A stretch of DNA of 64,000 nucleotides from an uncultured Alphaproteobacteria bacterium (GTDB lineage: Bacteria > Pseudomonadota > Alphaproteobacteria > Rs-D84 > CACZYB01), in the NCBI GenBank assembly GCA_944390685.1, contig CALXQL010000007.1:14507-78506 (forward strand), in the 5' to 3' direction. A program made the position numbers and the translations under genes. Positions 8,085 to 17,634 of this stretch are shown here, piece by piece. Every line of letters begins with the position of its first letter. Position 1 is the stretch's first letter. The notes under the pieces are model-generated. The model was not told where the DNA came from. It did not search any database and worked only from the letters and a program-made list of their open reading frames with translations.

Positions 8085-10472
8085 ATGTCAGAAAGAATTA
8101 CAGAAAATTTAGTATTAAAGGAGATGGATATATCTCTTGGTAAAAATGATTTTGGATTTGTTTTCGATCAGGGAGACACTTTATCAATAACAAAAATTAC
8201 TAATTTACTTAAAAAGGCTGGTGGCAAACCAAAATTTTGTCCTTTAAATGATTTTAATCAAGGTGAACCTGGTAAGGCTCAACCAGAGTATATAATCACT
8301 TTTAATAAAGACTTAAATCTTATTATTGTTGTAGAATGTAAAAAGACAATAAAATATCATGCATCTCAAAATTTGGATATGCCAAAAGATTATGCTGTTG
8401 ATGGCGCTCTTTATTATGCAAAATTTTTAAAAGAAGAATTTAATGTAATAGCTTTAGGTGTTAGTGGAACAAAAAAAGAGAATATGAAAGTTTCTACTTT
8501 TTATTGGCCAAAAGGTATGGAAAAATATATAGATTTACCTAGAGGTAAAGACGTTCTTTATACCCCTGAAAATTACATTAATTTAATTCAAGGAAAAAAA
8601 GTTGAAAAAGCAATTTCTATTGAAGATATTCAAAAATTAGCTCTTACTATGCATGAAAATTTAAGAGCATTAAAAATGACAGAACGAGCAAAACCTGTTT
8701 TTATTGCTGGTATCTTAATTGCTCTTAAAAATGAAGCTTTTATTAGTGATTATAGAAAATTAACATCTTTTACAGCGTTGTTAAATATGTTGCAACAAGC
8801 TATTAATGAAGAATTGGTTAATAGTGATATACGCCCTGAAAAGATTTCTGATATAAAAACACATTTCCAAATGATTGGAAAAAATAGTAAACTAAAAGAG
8901 ATTCCTTTATCTCATGATAATTCATTACTTTGGTATGTTGAACAATTAGAAACAAAAATTAAACCAATGATGGATTATTCGTCTGAGGCTGTTGACGCAC
9001 TTGGGATTTTTTATCATGAATTTGTTAAATATAGTGGTGGCGATGGTAGTGGTTTAGGTATAGTTTTAACACCTCAGCATTTGACTGAATTTATGGCTGA
9101 TTTAGCAGAAATTAATAAATCTAGTAAGGTTGTAGATATCTGTTGTGGTTCAGGTGCCTTTTTGGTTACATCTATGGTGAAGATGTTTAAAGGGGCAACC
9201 CAACAAGAAATTAATAAAATTAGAAAAGAAGCTTTGTATGGCGTCGAAAGTGATGATGATATTTATACATTAGCCATCGCAAATATGATTGTTCGTGGAG
9301 ATGGAAAATCCAATATCTTTTATGGAGATTGCTTTAATAAAGATATTATCAATAATCTAAAAGAAAAAAAGATAAACATAGGATTGATAAACCCACCATA
9401 TTCTCAAAAAGACCATTGTGAATTAGAATTTGTTGAAAATATGTTGGATATATTAGTGACAGGAGGAACTGGTGTTATAGTTGTTCCAATGAGTTGTGCA
9501 ATTGGAACTAAATTTAAAGATGTAAGGGAAAGGCTATTTAAGAAACATACTTTAAAAGCAGTTTTTTCTATGCCTGATGACATTTTTTATGCAAATAATG
9601 CTAGTACAAATGTTTGTGTAATGGTATGGGAGGCTCATAAACCTCATGATAGTACTCAAAATACATTCTTTGGTTATTATAAACATGATGGTTTTGTAAA
9701 AGCAAAAAAACTTGGCAGAATTGATAAATTTAACAAATGGGAAAACATTAAAAAAGAATGGCTTTCATTATATAGGGAGAGAGATATTAAAGATGGTTTC
9801 ACTGCAAAGAAGCCTGTAAAATGGAACGATGAGTGGTTGTGCGAAGCCTATATGGAAACAGACTATTCAACGCTAAAGAAAGCTGATTTTGAAAAAACTA
9901 TAAAGAATTATCTTTCATATTTAGTCTTAACTGACCAGTACAATTTATATAAAAAAATACCTGAAAAAAGGATAAAAGAGTCCAATCCTTGTGAATTAAC
10001 GAATATAGATACTTGGCAAAAATTCGAGCTGAAACGTTTATTTGAGGTCAAAGGTACAAAAACAACGAAATTGGATGATTTAAATCTTTCTGGAATCGGG
10101 AAGTATCCATATGTTACGACACAGTCTGTTAATAATGGTGTTGCTGGATATTACAACTTGTTTACAGAAAAAGGAAATGTATTAACTGCAGATAGTGCGG
10201 TTGTTGGATTTTGTTCTTATCAAGAAAATGATTTTTCTGCTAGTGATCACGTAGAAAAATTACTTCCAAAATTTGAAATGAATAAGTATGTTGCCATGTT
10301 TTTGACGACAATTATTAATCTTGAAAATTATCGGTATAGCTATGGCCGAAAATTTAATCAGACAAAAATTAAAGATACAATTATAAAGTTACCAGTAGAT
10401 TCTCAAGGTAGTCCTGATTGGTTATTTATGGAAAATTATATTAAATCTTTACCGTATTCCGATTTAATTTAG
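8085..10472 (+). CDS. Single-polypeptide type IIG/IIL-like restriction-modification enzyme: N-terminal PD-(D/E)xK-like nuclease region, gamma-class N6-adenine methyltransferase, C-terminal target-recognition domain
   Basis: 795 aa. Motif I VVDICCGSGAFLV and motif IV LINPPYS. The N-terminus PEYIITF...IIVVECKK is nuclease-like. C-terminal about 200 aa are TRD-like. Confidence 0.65.
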   Translation: MSERITENLVLKEMDISLGKNDFGFVFDQGDTLSITKITNLLKKAGGKPKFCPLNDFNQGEPGKAQPEYIITFNKDLNLIIVVECKKTIKYHASQNLDMPKDYAVDGALYYAKFLKEEFNVIALGVSGTKKENMKVSTFYWPKGMEKYIDLPRGKDVLYTPENYINLIQGKKVEKAISIEDIQKLALTMHENLRALKMTERAKPVFIAGILIALKNEAFISDYRKLTSFTALLNMLQQAINEELVNSDIRPEKISDIKTHFQMIGKNSKLKEIPLSHDNSLLWYVEQLETKIKPMMDYSSEAVDALGIFYHEFVKYSGGDGSGLGIVLTPQHLTEFMADLAEINKSSKVVDICCGSGAFLVTSMVKMFKGATQQEINKIRKEALYGVESDDDIYTLAIANMIVRGDGKSNIFYGDCFNKDIINNLKEKKINIGLINPPYSQKDHCELEFVENMLDILVTGGTGVIVVPMSCAIGTKFKDVRERLFKKHTLKAVFSMPDDIFYANNASTNVCVMVWEAHKPHDSTQNTFFGYYKHDGFVKAKKLGRIDKFNKWENIKKEWLSLYRERDIKDGFTAKKPVKWNDEWLCEAYMETDYSTLKKADFEKTIKNYLSYLVLTDQYNLYKKIPEKRIKESNPCELTNIDTWQKFELKRLFEVKGTKTTKLDDLNLSGIGKYPYVTTQSVNNGVAGYYNLFTEKGNVLTADSAVVGFCSYQENDFSASDHVEKLLPKFEMNKYVAMFLTTIINLENYRYSYGRKFNQTKIKDTIIKLPVDSQGSPDWLFMENYIKSLPYSDLI

Positions 10473-10498
10473 AAAATACTCAAAAGAGATAAATAAAA

Positions 10499-11266
10499 AT
10501 GTTCAATTATAATGAATTACTTAAATCTATCTTTCCAATAGGACTTACAAGCAAAAACGATATTGAAAATATAAAAGATTTTAATGGAACTGCATTTTTA
10601 GTTAATTGTTCAGGTTTCCTTTCTGTTATAACAGCATATCATTGCGTGTCTAGTATTGCAAAATATCGTTTCAAAGTGACATCTGAAGATAATATCACAA
10701 CCGATATGATAAAAAAGGTTTTAGAAGATAATATTAATTTTGGATATATAAAATCAAATAAACAAATTTATAGCATTCCTATTAGTAATATTTTTAGAGG
10801 GATTTCTGAGGTCGGTAATAATATTGATACCATCATTTGCAAAGTTAATGAAACTGACATGATAAAAAATAATAATACTTCTCTTTCTGATTTAAAAGCA
10901 TTAGAAATTTCTACTAATAAGCTTATTATTGGTAATTATTATGAATTTTATGGTTTTCCTAATATTAATAGAGATAAAATTAATAAAATAATATATATGG
11001 ATAGTAGAAAATTAAAGTTAATTAAATTAGAGCCAAAAGAAGATTATGGAAATGCTGTTTATGGATATTTAGATATAACTCATACTAAAGATACTCTTAA
11101 AACAATTGAAGGATTTAGTGGTTCCCCATTGTTTGATAGTACGGGTAAAATTGTTGGAATATTAGAAGAAATAAATGAAAATGATAAACATATAAGATTT
11201 ATAGCTCTAGATACTATAATTTATTTTATGACAAATATAATTAAAAATAATTTTCACATATTTTAG
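10499..11266 (+). CDS. Cytoplasmic trypsin-like (S1 family) serine peptidase
   Basis: His motif ITAYHCVSS and Ser motif GFSGSPLF. No signal peptide. It starts 26 nt after the R-M gene stop on the same strand. Confidence 0.6.
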   Translation: MFNYNELLKSIFPIGLTSKNDIENIKDFNGTAFLVNCSGFLSVITAYHCVSSIAKYRFKVTSEDNITTDMIKKVLEDNINFGYIKSNKQIYSIPISNIFRGISEVGNNIDTIICKVNETDMIKNNNTSLSDLKALEISTNKLIIGNYYEFYGFPNINRDKINKIIYMDSRKLKLIKLEPKEDYGNAVYGYLDITHTKDTLKTIEGFSGSPLFDSTGKIVGILEEINENDKHIRFIALDTIIYFMTNIIKNNFHIF

Positions 11267-11278
11267 TTTTTAATAGAA

Positions 11279-11761
11279 TTAAAATAAATTATCTATATTA
11301 TCTAATATATTATCAGAAATTTCTATTATTTTAATAATATCTGTACAGATATTTAATTTTGGAGGTGTATCATTGTAATTATGTGCCAATCCATGCCTAA
11401 AATTTAAAAAATCTTTGAAAATACTAATATCATAATTTTCTATACCATCATCTAAAAATGATAATTTTTCTTTAGAAATATTAAAACCTTTTAATAGAGA
11501 TTTTAAATCCTCTGGTTTTAAACCTCTATGTAATTTAGGCATTTTCTCAAAATAAGAATTTATGTAATCATTATCAGTTTTTAATTTTTCTTTTAAAATA
11601 TTTGTTAATTGTGTTTCTATATCACTATATAATACAAGAACAATATATTGGTTAACAATACTTTTAGCAAAATCAGTATCTGCCTCTTTTGGCAACTTAT
11701 CTAAAATTCCGCTTTTTATCTGCTTATATATACTATTTGTTTTCTTTAAATATTTAATCAT
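11279..11761 (-). CDS. HEPN-like small protein, 160 aa
   Basis: R-x4-H motif in FLNFRHGLAHNY. Its start overlaps the stop of the upstream DUF262 gene (ATGA), which suggests translational coupling. Confidence 0.45.
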   Translation of the reverse strand: MIKYLKKTNSIYKQIKSGILDKLPKEADTDFAKSIVNQYIVLVLYSDIETQLTNILKEKLKTDNDYINSYFEKMPKLHRGLKPEDLKSLLKGFNISKEKLSFLDDGIENYDISIFKDFLNFRHGLAHNYNDTPPKLNICTDIIKIIEISDNILDNIDNLF

Positions 11762-12827
11762 TATTTAATACTGAATATGCTATTTTTAACCTATCGTTAA
11801 CATTTTTTGTAGAAATAGTTCCTTGTTGTGCTTCATATATTTTTCTGTAATCTTCGTTATTTTTCAATATTTCATAACGTTCTTTTAAATTTGTAATACT
11901 TGTATCAGAAAGCATTAAAGCAGTAATAACAGAATCTAACAACACATAATTAGGGCGAGTATAAATAGTAAAAGGTTTTTCTCCCAATTCTCTAATTAAT
12001 AAATCGGCTACAGACTTAAATTTTTCACAAAATTCATCAATATTTTTATTTTTATTATTATGACAAAAGATATTTAAAAAAGGCTTCATACTAGTTTTGT
12101 ATGTATTAAGCACCTGTTCTTCTTTATTCCAATCATAATAGAAAGCAACCAGTCTCAACAAAAGTTCAACATCTGTATATCTATTATCACAACTATCCTT
12201 ACCTAAAATCTTACGCCAGTTTGAATCTTTATTTAAATCTTCTAAACTTTTTATTAAAGTTCCGTAATTTATTGCTCTTCTAATTTCCATATTATTTAAA
12301 TTTTGCCCACCTGTATTTAATCTTTCAAATACTCCATATAATACTTGAATATCAGAAGAATCTATTTGTCTTATCATACATGCGGATAATTGAGCTGATT
12401 TTAATTTTTCTTGAAAATTTTTAGGTAATAAGGAAAAAGTTTTTCCAATAAATTTTTCATTTACATCAACTAATTTGAAATTATCTTCTAAAAATTCATT
12501 AATGGTAGAAATACGTTGATATCCATCAACTATTAAATAAGTTTCTTTCTCTACAATTTTATATAAAAATACTGGAGGAATTGGGTAATCAAACAATAAT
12601 GATTCTATGAAACGACTTTTACCTCGTTGATTCCAAACTTTATTTCTTTGAAAATCAGGTTTATAAAATATTTTTTCTTTAAATCTTCTATTGTATTCTT
12701 CTAAAGAAAAACTTGCTGGATATGTTATTATTTCTGAAGCAATTTTATCTATTTCTTCTGAAGTATGTTCTATTTCTTCTATATCAATATCTTCTTCATT
12801 TAAATTTTCTTTGATTGAGTTTTCCAT
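11754..12827 (-). CDS. DUF262 (ParB-like/GmrSD N-terminal domain) protein, 357 aa
   Basis: DGQQR-type motif IVDGYQRIST and downstream FERLNTGGQNL motif. No fused DUF1524/HNH domain. Confidence 0.65.
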   Translation of the reverse strand: MENSIKENLNEEDIDIEEIEHTSEEIDKIASEIITYPASFSLEEYNRRFKEKIFYKPDFQRNKVWNQRGKSRFIESLLFDYPIPPVFLYKIVEKETYLIVDGYQRISTINEFLEDNFKLVDVNEKFIGKTFSLLPKNFQEKLKSAQLSACMIRQIDSSDIQVLYGVFERLNTGGQNLNNMEIRRAINYGTLIKSLEDLNKDSNWRKILGKDSCDNRYTDVELLLRLVAFYYDWNKEEQVLNTYKTSMKPFLNIFCHNNKNKNIDEFCEKFKSVADLLIRELGEKPFTIYTRPNYVLLDSVITALMLSDTSITNLKERYEILKNNEDYRKIYEAQQGTISTKNVNDRLKIAYSVLNND

Positions 12828-12969
12828 TTTTAACCTTTCATAAAATATACAGTATAATTTTACAATAATTTATCTAATAAAATCAAGTTATTTTATATTG
12901 AGAATTTATGATTTTATGATATTATTGTACAAGTTAAAATACAAGAATTTAATCATAAAGGATAAGACA

Positions 12970-13587
12970 ATGGATAATAATAGTAGATGGGATGAAATAT
13001 ATAACGATGTGAATAATAAAATATTAACAGAAGAAGAATTTTTTGAATTTATAAAAAAAGATAATACAGATATTTTATCTGAATCTATTAATGAACAAGA
13101 TGTAAAAAGTATATTCAAAGAAACAGCATTTTCAGTTGAAAATATAGAAAAGATTGAAAAATATATTAATTCTGTTAATCAAGAAGAAAGCTCTAATATA
13201 AATCCAAATGATATTCCATCAAAAGAAGAAGTTTTACAAATATTAAAAGATATGAAAAATTTTAATATGTTTGAATTATATACATTTTTAAGAAAAAAAG
13301 ACAAATCTGATGATGCAAACAAAGGTAATTCAAATAAAGTAAATGTTAGAGAAAAAATAAAAAAATTAATGAAAAAACGTTATGAAGAAAACAAGAATCA
13401 AACAAAAAAAGAACTCATTTATACAACATTAGAAGAATATTTTTATAAAGACAGTATAAACAATTTTGCAAAAGCAACTGGTATTGATATAAATGATATA
13501 AAAAAATGTTTAAAACAAAATTCTAAGCACTATTATTATGGGGATAGAGCTCTTGAAAAAATCTGTAAAGAACTAGGTATAAGTTAA
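12970..13587 (+). CDS. Hypothetical protein with a probable C-terminal HTH (island cargo)
   Basis: Likely start MDNNSRW at 12970 (RBS AAGGA upstream). The ORF track starts at 12898, an upstream in-frame extension. The C-terminus ...GDRALEKICKELGIS is HTH-like. Confidence 0.45.
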   Translation: MDNNSRWDEIYNDVNNKILTEEEFFEFIKKDNTDILSESINEQDVKSIFKETAFSVENIEKIEKYINSVNQEESSNINPNDIPSKEEVLQILKDMKNFNMFELYTFLRKKDKSDDANKGNSNKVNVREKIKKLMKKRYEENKNQTKKELIYTTLEEYFYKDSINNFAKATGIDINDIKKCLKQNSKHYYYGDRALEKICKELGIS

Positions 13588-13609
13588 CCTATTAAAATCT
13601 AAAATTTTA

Positions 13610-13643
13610 AACGCTGTAATATATTATTTTTACAGCGTTTTTT
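13610..13643 (+). terminator. Rho-independent terminator
   Basis: AACGCTGTA, 12-nt loop, TACAGCGTT, then TTTTT. Confidence 0.5.
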
Positions 13644-13659
13644 CATATCAAAAATTTGT

Positions 13660-13737
13660 GAACGACGCTGCGTCGTTCGGTTTATAAACTGGATTTTGTT
13701 TCAAAAATCTGTATAGTCATTTACATCAACGCGTTGA
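13660..13737. promoter_or_regulatory. Two GC-rich perfect palindromes in an AT-rich intergenic region
   Basis: GAACGACGC-T-GCGTCGTTC at 13660-13678 and TCAACGCGTTGA at 13726-13737, upstream of the 13757/13814 gene. Confidence 0.4.
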
Positions 13738-13756
13738 ATGAACTTGTTTTAATAAG

Positions 13757-14032
13757 TTGAGTAATATCAATAAGTTAAAGCGTAATATTAATAAAAAAAG
13801 AAAGGATTTTTTGATGACTAAATATATGTTGTCTATAAAAGACTTTTGTACTCAGTTTCCAACTTTTAAGTATGGACAAGTACGCAACCTAATCTACTAC
13901 GAAAATCGTAATGGATTAAATGATATGCAGGTCATTCTTCGCATTGGTAAAAGAATTTATATTGATGTCTACAGATGGTTTGCATGGATAGAAAAAATTA
14001 ATCACATAACAAGGGAGACACAATATGAATAG
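13757..14032 (+). CDS. Hypothetical small protein. The probable true start is MTKYML at about 13814.
   Basis: ORF track entry. RBS AAAGGA lies before the internal ATG. The stop overlaps the next gene start (ATGAATAG). Confidence 0.4.
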   Translation: MSNINKLKRNINKKRKDFLMTKYMLSIKDFCTQFPTFKYGQVRNLIYYENRNGLNDMQVILRIGKRIYIDVYRWFAWIEKINHITRETQYE

Positions 14033-14876
14033 GGCGTTAAAAAAAGTTAAGAAAGAATTGGCAAGAAAAGCAGTCAGAAAAGAACATTTGATACAAAGGA
14101 AAATTAATAAGATGATAGAAACAGAAAAAAATAGTGTAGAAAATTTAAAAACTTTTTTAAATGACATTTATATGGGTAATTCTATAAATGAAAAGCAATT
14201 TAAATGCGATATTCTAATAAAATATGCAGTTAACTGTATAAAAAGATTAAGTAAAAATAAAAAGAACTTAAATCAAAAATATAAAGAATATCTATCAACA
14301 ACTACAGTTAGCAATTATTATAAATTTTCATTTAATGATTTCAAACGTTTTATGAATATTTTATATAAAGATTCAATATATCATTTAAAAAATTGTAAAG
14401 TAGATATTGATAATATAGAAAATACGATACTTTACAAAAATATTCAAAATGTTATGAAAGAATATAAAAAATATGAAAACTATTTTGGTCGTGATTATCT
14501 TGATAACGATGCTTGTTTTCTTGAATATATGAAAAAAATGGCTTTGATTGGATATATAATTAATGTTTATGAAAGACTTGATATATATGATGATATTGGA
14601 ATATTAACTTATGACGAAACTGCTGCTGTAATTGGTCATAAAATGTCATTTATGACGTTTTATGATGACATGTATAAAACAAAACCTAGTTTTAAAAATA
14701 TGTTAGATATCAATGTATTAAAAAAAGATTTTGAATTTGTATATCCATTCTTTTCTTATTCTAATCTTTTATATTATTTAGATAAAAGCGAGAAATATAT
14801 AAGAATAGATAGAAGAATAGAAAATCAATGTCTTGATATATATCGTATTAGTATCTGGGAAGAAAATTTATTTTAA
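14025..14876 (+). CDS. Hypothetical protein, 283 aa (island cargo)
   Basis: Long ORF with a K/R-rich N-terminus, translationally coupled to the preceding gene. Confidence 0.5.
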   Translation: MNRALKKVKKELARKAVRKEHLIQRKINKMIETEKNSVENLKTFLNDIYMGNSINEKQFKCDILIKYAVNCIKRLSKNKKNLNQKYKEYLSTTTVSNYYKFSFNDFKRFMNILYKDSIYHLKNCKVDIDNIENTILYKNIQNVMKEYKKYENYFGRDYLDNDACFLEYMKKMALIGYIINVYERLDIYDDIGILTYDETAAVIGHKMSFMTFYDDMYKTKPSFKNMLDINVLKKDFEFVYPFFSYSNLLYYLDKSEKYIRIDRRIENQCLDIYRISIWEENLF

Positions 14877-14941
14877 ATAAGTAAATAAAAAAGTGGGAGG
14901 GGTAAAACTCTCTCACTTTTCAATAATATAGGAATAATAAA

Positions 14942-15413
14942 ATGGTAAGCGAATACAAGAAAGCTATTATAGAAATGGCTAGCAATGATATTTATAAATT
15001 AGCAATTACATTTTCTTTTAATATTGATGTCATTAATACTGGTTTTAATATAGATACTGTTAAAAAGAAAATCAGTGATTTTAACTGTCGATTTTTTAGA
15101 GAATATTATAATAAATGGAATTGGTATAAAAAAAATCAAAGTCAGTTCTATTCACTTTGTTGAACATCAGAATAGTTATATTCATTTACACTCTATTTAC
15201 TCTATACCTAATAAACAAGATATTAAAAATCTTGATATTATAGATACAAATTGGGTATGTAAGTATAAAGAGTTAGCAGAAAAGTGTTTTAATAAAGTTT
15301 GGTATAATGGAGATATATTTCTTACTTCAATCACAAGTAATGGATATGCAAATTATATCACAAAAGAAGTGTCTAACTATGTGTCTGATTGTGATAGTTT
15401 TTTTATTCTTTAA
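14942..15413 (+). pseudogene. Hypothetical gene disrupted by a frameshift at an A8 tract. Track ORFs 14942..15163 and 15075..15413.
   Basis: The two overlapping ORFs switch frame at AAAAAAAA (15128-15135). Joined, they give about 170 aa. Confidence 0.45.
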
Positions 15414-15420
15414 ATAAAAT

Positions 15421-15451
15421 AAGAGATAAGAATTTCGAATTTTTATCTCTT
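15421..15451 (+). terminator. Long imperfect hairpin just after the 15413 stop. Terminator-like but without a clear T-run.
   Basis: AAGAGATAA(GAATTTCGAATTT)TTATCTCTT. Confidence 0.3.
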
Positions 15452-16061
15452 ATCGCACTCTCACACACTCCGGTATAGTTTTAGTGATATTTTATAAGTA
15501 AAAAAGACAAGATATATTGCACTTTAACTTCTAGATAATTATAAAAACTGTAAATTTGATACAAGATACAGTTTTAAACATATAGATATAAGATTAGTAA
15601 TAATAGTATAAACTGAAAATTACTAACTCTTATAAAATTTACTTATTAATCATAAAAAAAATTAAACTATAGATATTAAACAATTATTAAATTAATCAAT
15701 TACGCTCTTTTCAAATAAACAATATAAATGAAGTTTTTATCTAAAAAATCTTTATATTCTAATAAATCATCAAATTCATATACGGTTTTCTGACCTGACC
15801 TATGAACGACATATACTCTAAGTTTATTACTAGAATTTAGTACTTTTTCTTTCATTTTTATAACCTATATAAGTTTATATATTATATTTATATAGATTAA
15901 AATTTTATATTTTTTAGATTTATAGGTTCAAAATACATATCAAATTCAGCATTTACAGAAATCAGTTCAGACATATAAAAATAACCATATTCAGGATAGT
16001 TTCCATACATTTTAACAAGTCCAAACATTTCGCCTGTATCTTCATCTACTTCTAAAACATA

Positions 16062-16280
16062 CTAATCTGCATTAGGTGTAAAGTAATGCAAATAAGCAAT
16101 CTTTTCTTGCTTGCAATCTTGTCCATATAGTTTTGGTACTTGTTTTAATATTGAATAAAAATGATTTATTTGAGATTTAAAGAATTTCTTTTCTTCACTG
16201 TGAGAAATATAATTCATAAAGACAAGAAATTGTGATTTATTGAAGAATTTTCTTATAAAAACTAATTTTTCTATATCCAT
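16062..16280 (-). pseudogene. Hypothetical gene with an in-frame TAG. The reading frame continues about 55 codons downstream to about 15895.
   Basis: After ...HYFTPNAD-TAG the same frame reads YVLEVDEDTGEMFGLVKMYGNYPEYGYFYMSELISVNAEFDMYFEPINLKNIKF. Confidence 0.35.
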
Positions 16281-16362
16281 ACTATACCTCGTTCTTTTAT
16301 ATATTTAATTATACATTGCAACGAGATAAAGTACACAAGAAATGGCTAATTTCTGCGATAAA

Positions 16363-17454
16363 CTACAAGTCTTTATTATCTATATTGATAAAATTATCAA
16401 CCATATTTGCAACAACAGATTTCTTATGTTCATTTGAAAGATGGGCATATCTTTTAACCATTTGTAACGATTTATGACCTAATACATCAGCAATCTCAGA
16501 AGCGCTTGCCCCATTCATTGCTAAATAACTTGCACAGGTATGACGTAAATCGTGAAATCTAAAATTCTCTATATTTGATTGATTTAATGCTTTATACCAT
16601 GATTTATCAAGATTTATTGGAACATTGCCTTTTCTGTTAGGAAAAAGATATTTAGATTGTGTTTTTTCTTTCATATCTTTTAACATATCACAGATTTTAC
16701 CATACAAAGGTAAAGTCCTTCTTTCTCCATTTTTAGTATCTTCCAATGTTGCCTGTGATTTATCCAAATCAACATCTTTCCATTGTAAAGTAAGAATTTC
16801 ATTCTTTCTTGCACCTGTTGTTAATGCTAAAAGAATAATAGGATAAAGATATTGATTTTCTGAACGTTTAGCATTTTCAAACAAAGCCTCTCGTTCTTCG
16901 TTTGTAAGATAACGAACGACACCTTTTGGTTGTGGAAACTTTTTTATATTTGCGACGGGATTTTTATCAATCCATTGTAATTCTTTTACAGCATAAGTAT
17001 ATAACGCACTCAATGCTGCAATATAGTGATTTAAAGTAGATTTTGTTTTTGCCTTATTATGTGGTGTCGGAATTTCTGCAATTTTGTTAATAGTATCTCT
17101 GATAGTTTTTACATTAATTCTGCTTAGTAAATAATTACCAATCAAGTCTTTCCAAACCTGTAAAAGATGAGGTACTTTTTGTCCCTTATTAATATAAACA
17201 CTAGAATTTTTACCTTTATTCGGTAAAACGTATTCTGAATAATAATCTATAAGTTCAGCCAAAGTATGCTTTGTTGCCTCTTGTTTATCATCATATTCGC
17301 CAAGTTTTATTTTGGTTTCAATCTTGTTTGCCCATTCCTCAGCCATTCTTTTTAATGGAAAACTTTTCATTACTGATGGAGTTCCCTTAATCCTTACTCT
17401 TGCATACCAAACTGTTTTACCTTTATTGTTTACTCTTGAATTAATTGTTGCCAT
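16363..17454 (-). CDS. int: Tyrosine recombinase / phage-type integrase
   Basis: 363 aa. The C-terminal catalytic region HDLRHTCASYLAMNGASASEIADVLGHKSLQMVKRYAHL carries the R..H..R..Y signature. It sits about 350 bp from the right attachment site. Confidence 0.9.
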   Translation of the reverse strand: MATINSRVNNKGKTVWYARVRIKGTPSVMKSFPLKRMAEEWANKIETKIKLGEYDDKQEATKHTLAELIDYYSEYVLPNKGKNSSVYINKGQKVPHLLQVWKDLIGNYLLSRINVKTIRDTINKIAEIPTPHNKAKTKSTLNHYIAALSALYTYAVKELQWIDKNPVANIKKFPQPKGVVRYLTNEEREALFENAKRSENQYLYPIILLALTTGARKNEILTLQWKDVDLDKSQATLEDTKNGERRTLPLYGKICDMLKDMKEKTQSKYLFPNRKGNVPINLDKSWYKALNQSNIENFRFHDLRHTCASYLAMNGASASEIADVLGHKSLQMVKRYAHLSNEHKKSVVANMVDNFINIDNKDL

Positions 17455-17613
17455 TTTAAGTACCTATATCATTTATTTTATATAGTTATATTATATAACA
17501 AAATGGGGTAATGTACACAGTTTTTATAAAGAGATTTATAATCCTTACACCCCTAAAAATAGCATATTGATTTTACTATATTTTTCACAGAAAATGCTTG
17601 AAATTTTAATGAT

Positions 17614-17634
17614 TTTTGACACTATTTTGACACT
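17614..17634 (+). promoter_or_regulatory. Tandem ATTTTGACACT repeat (11-bp spacing) between int and the right island end
   Basis: TTTTGACACTATTTTGACACT. An inverted single copy TGTCAAAAA lies at 17705..17712. Confidence 0.4.

Noticed and set aside
12906-13118. 70-aa antisense ORF at the start of the 12970..13587 gene
   Set aside because: Low-complexity frame opposite a better-supported ORF.
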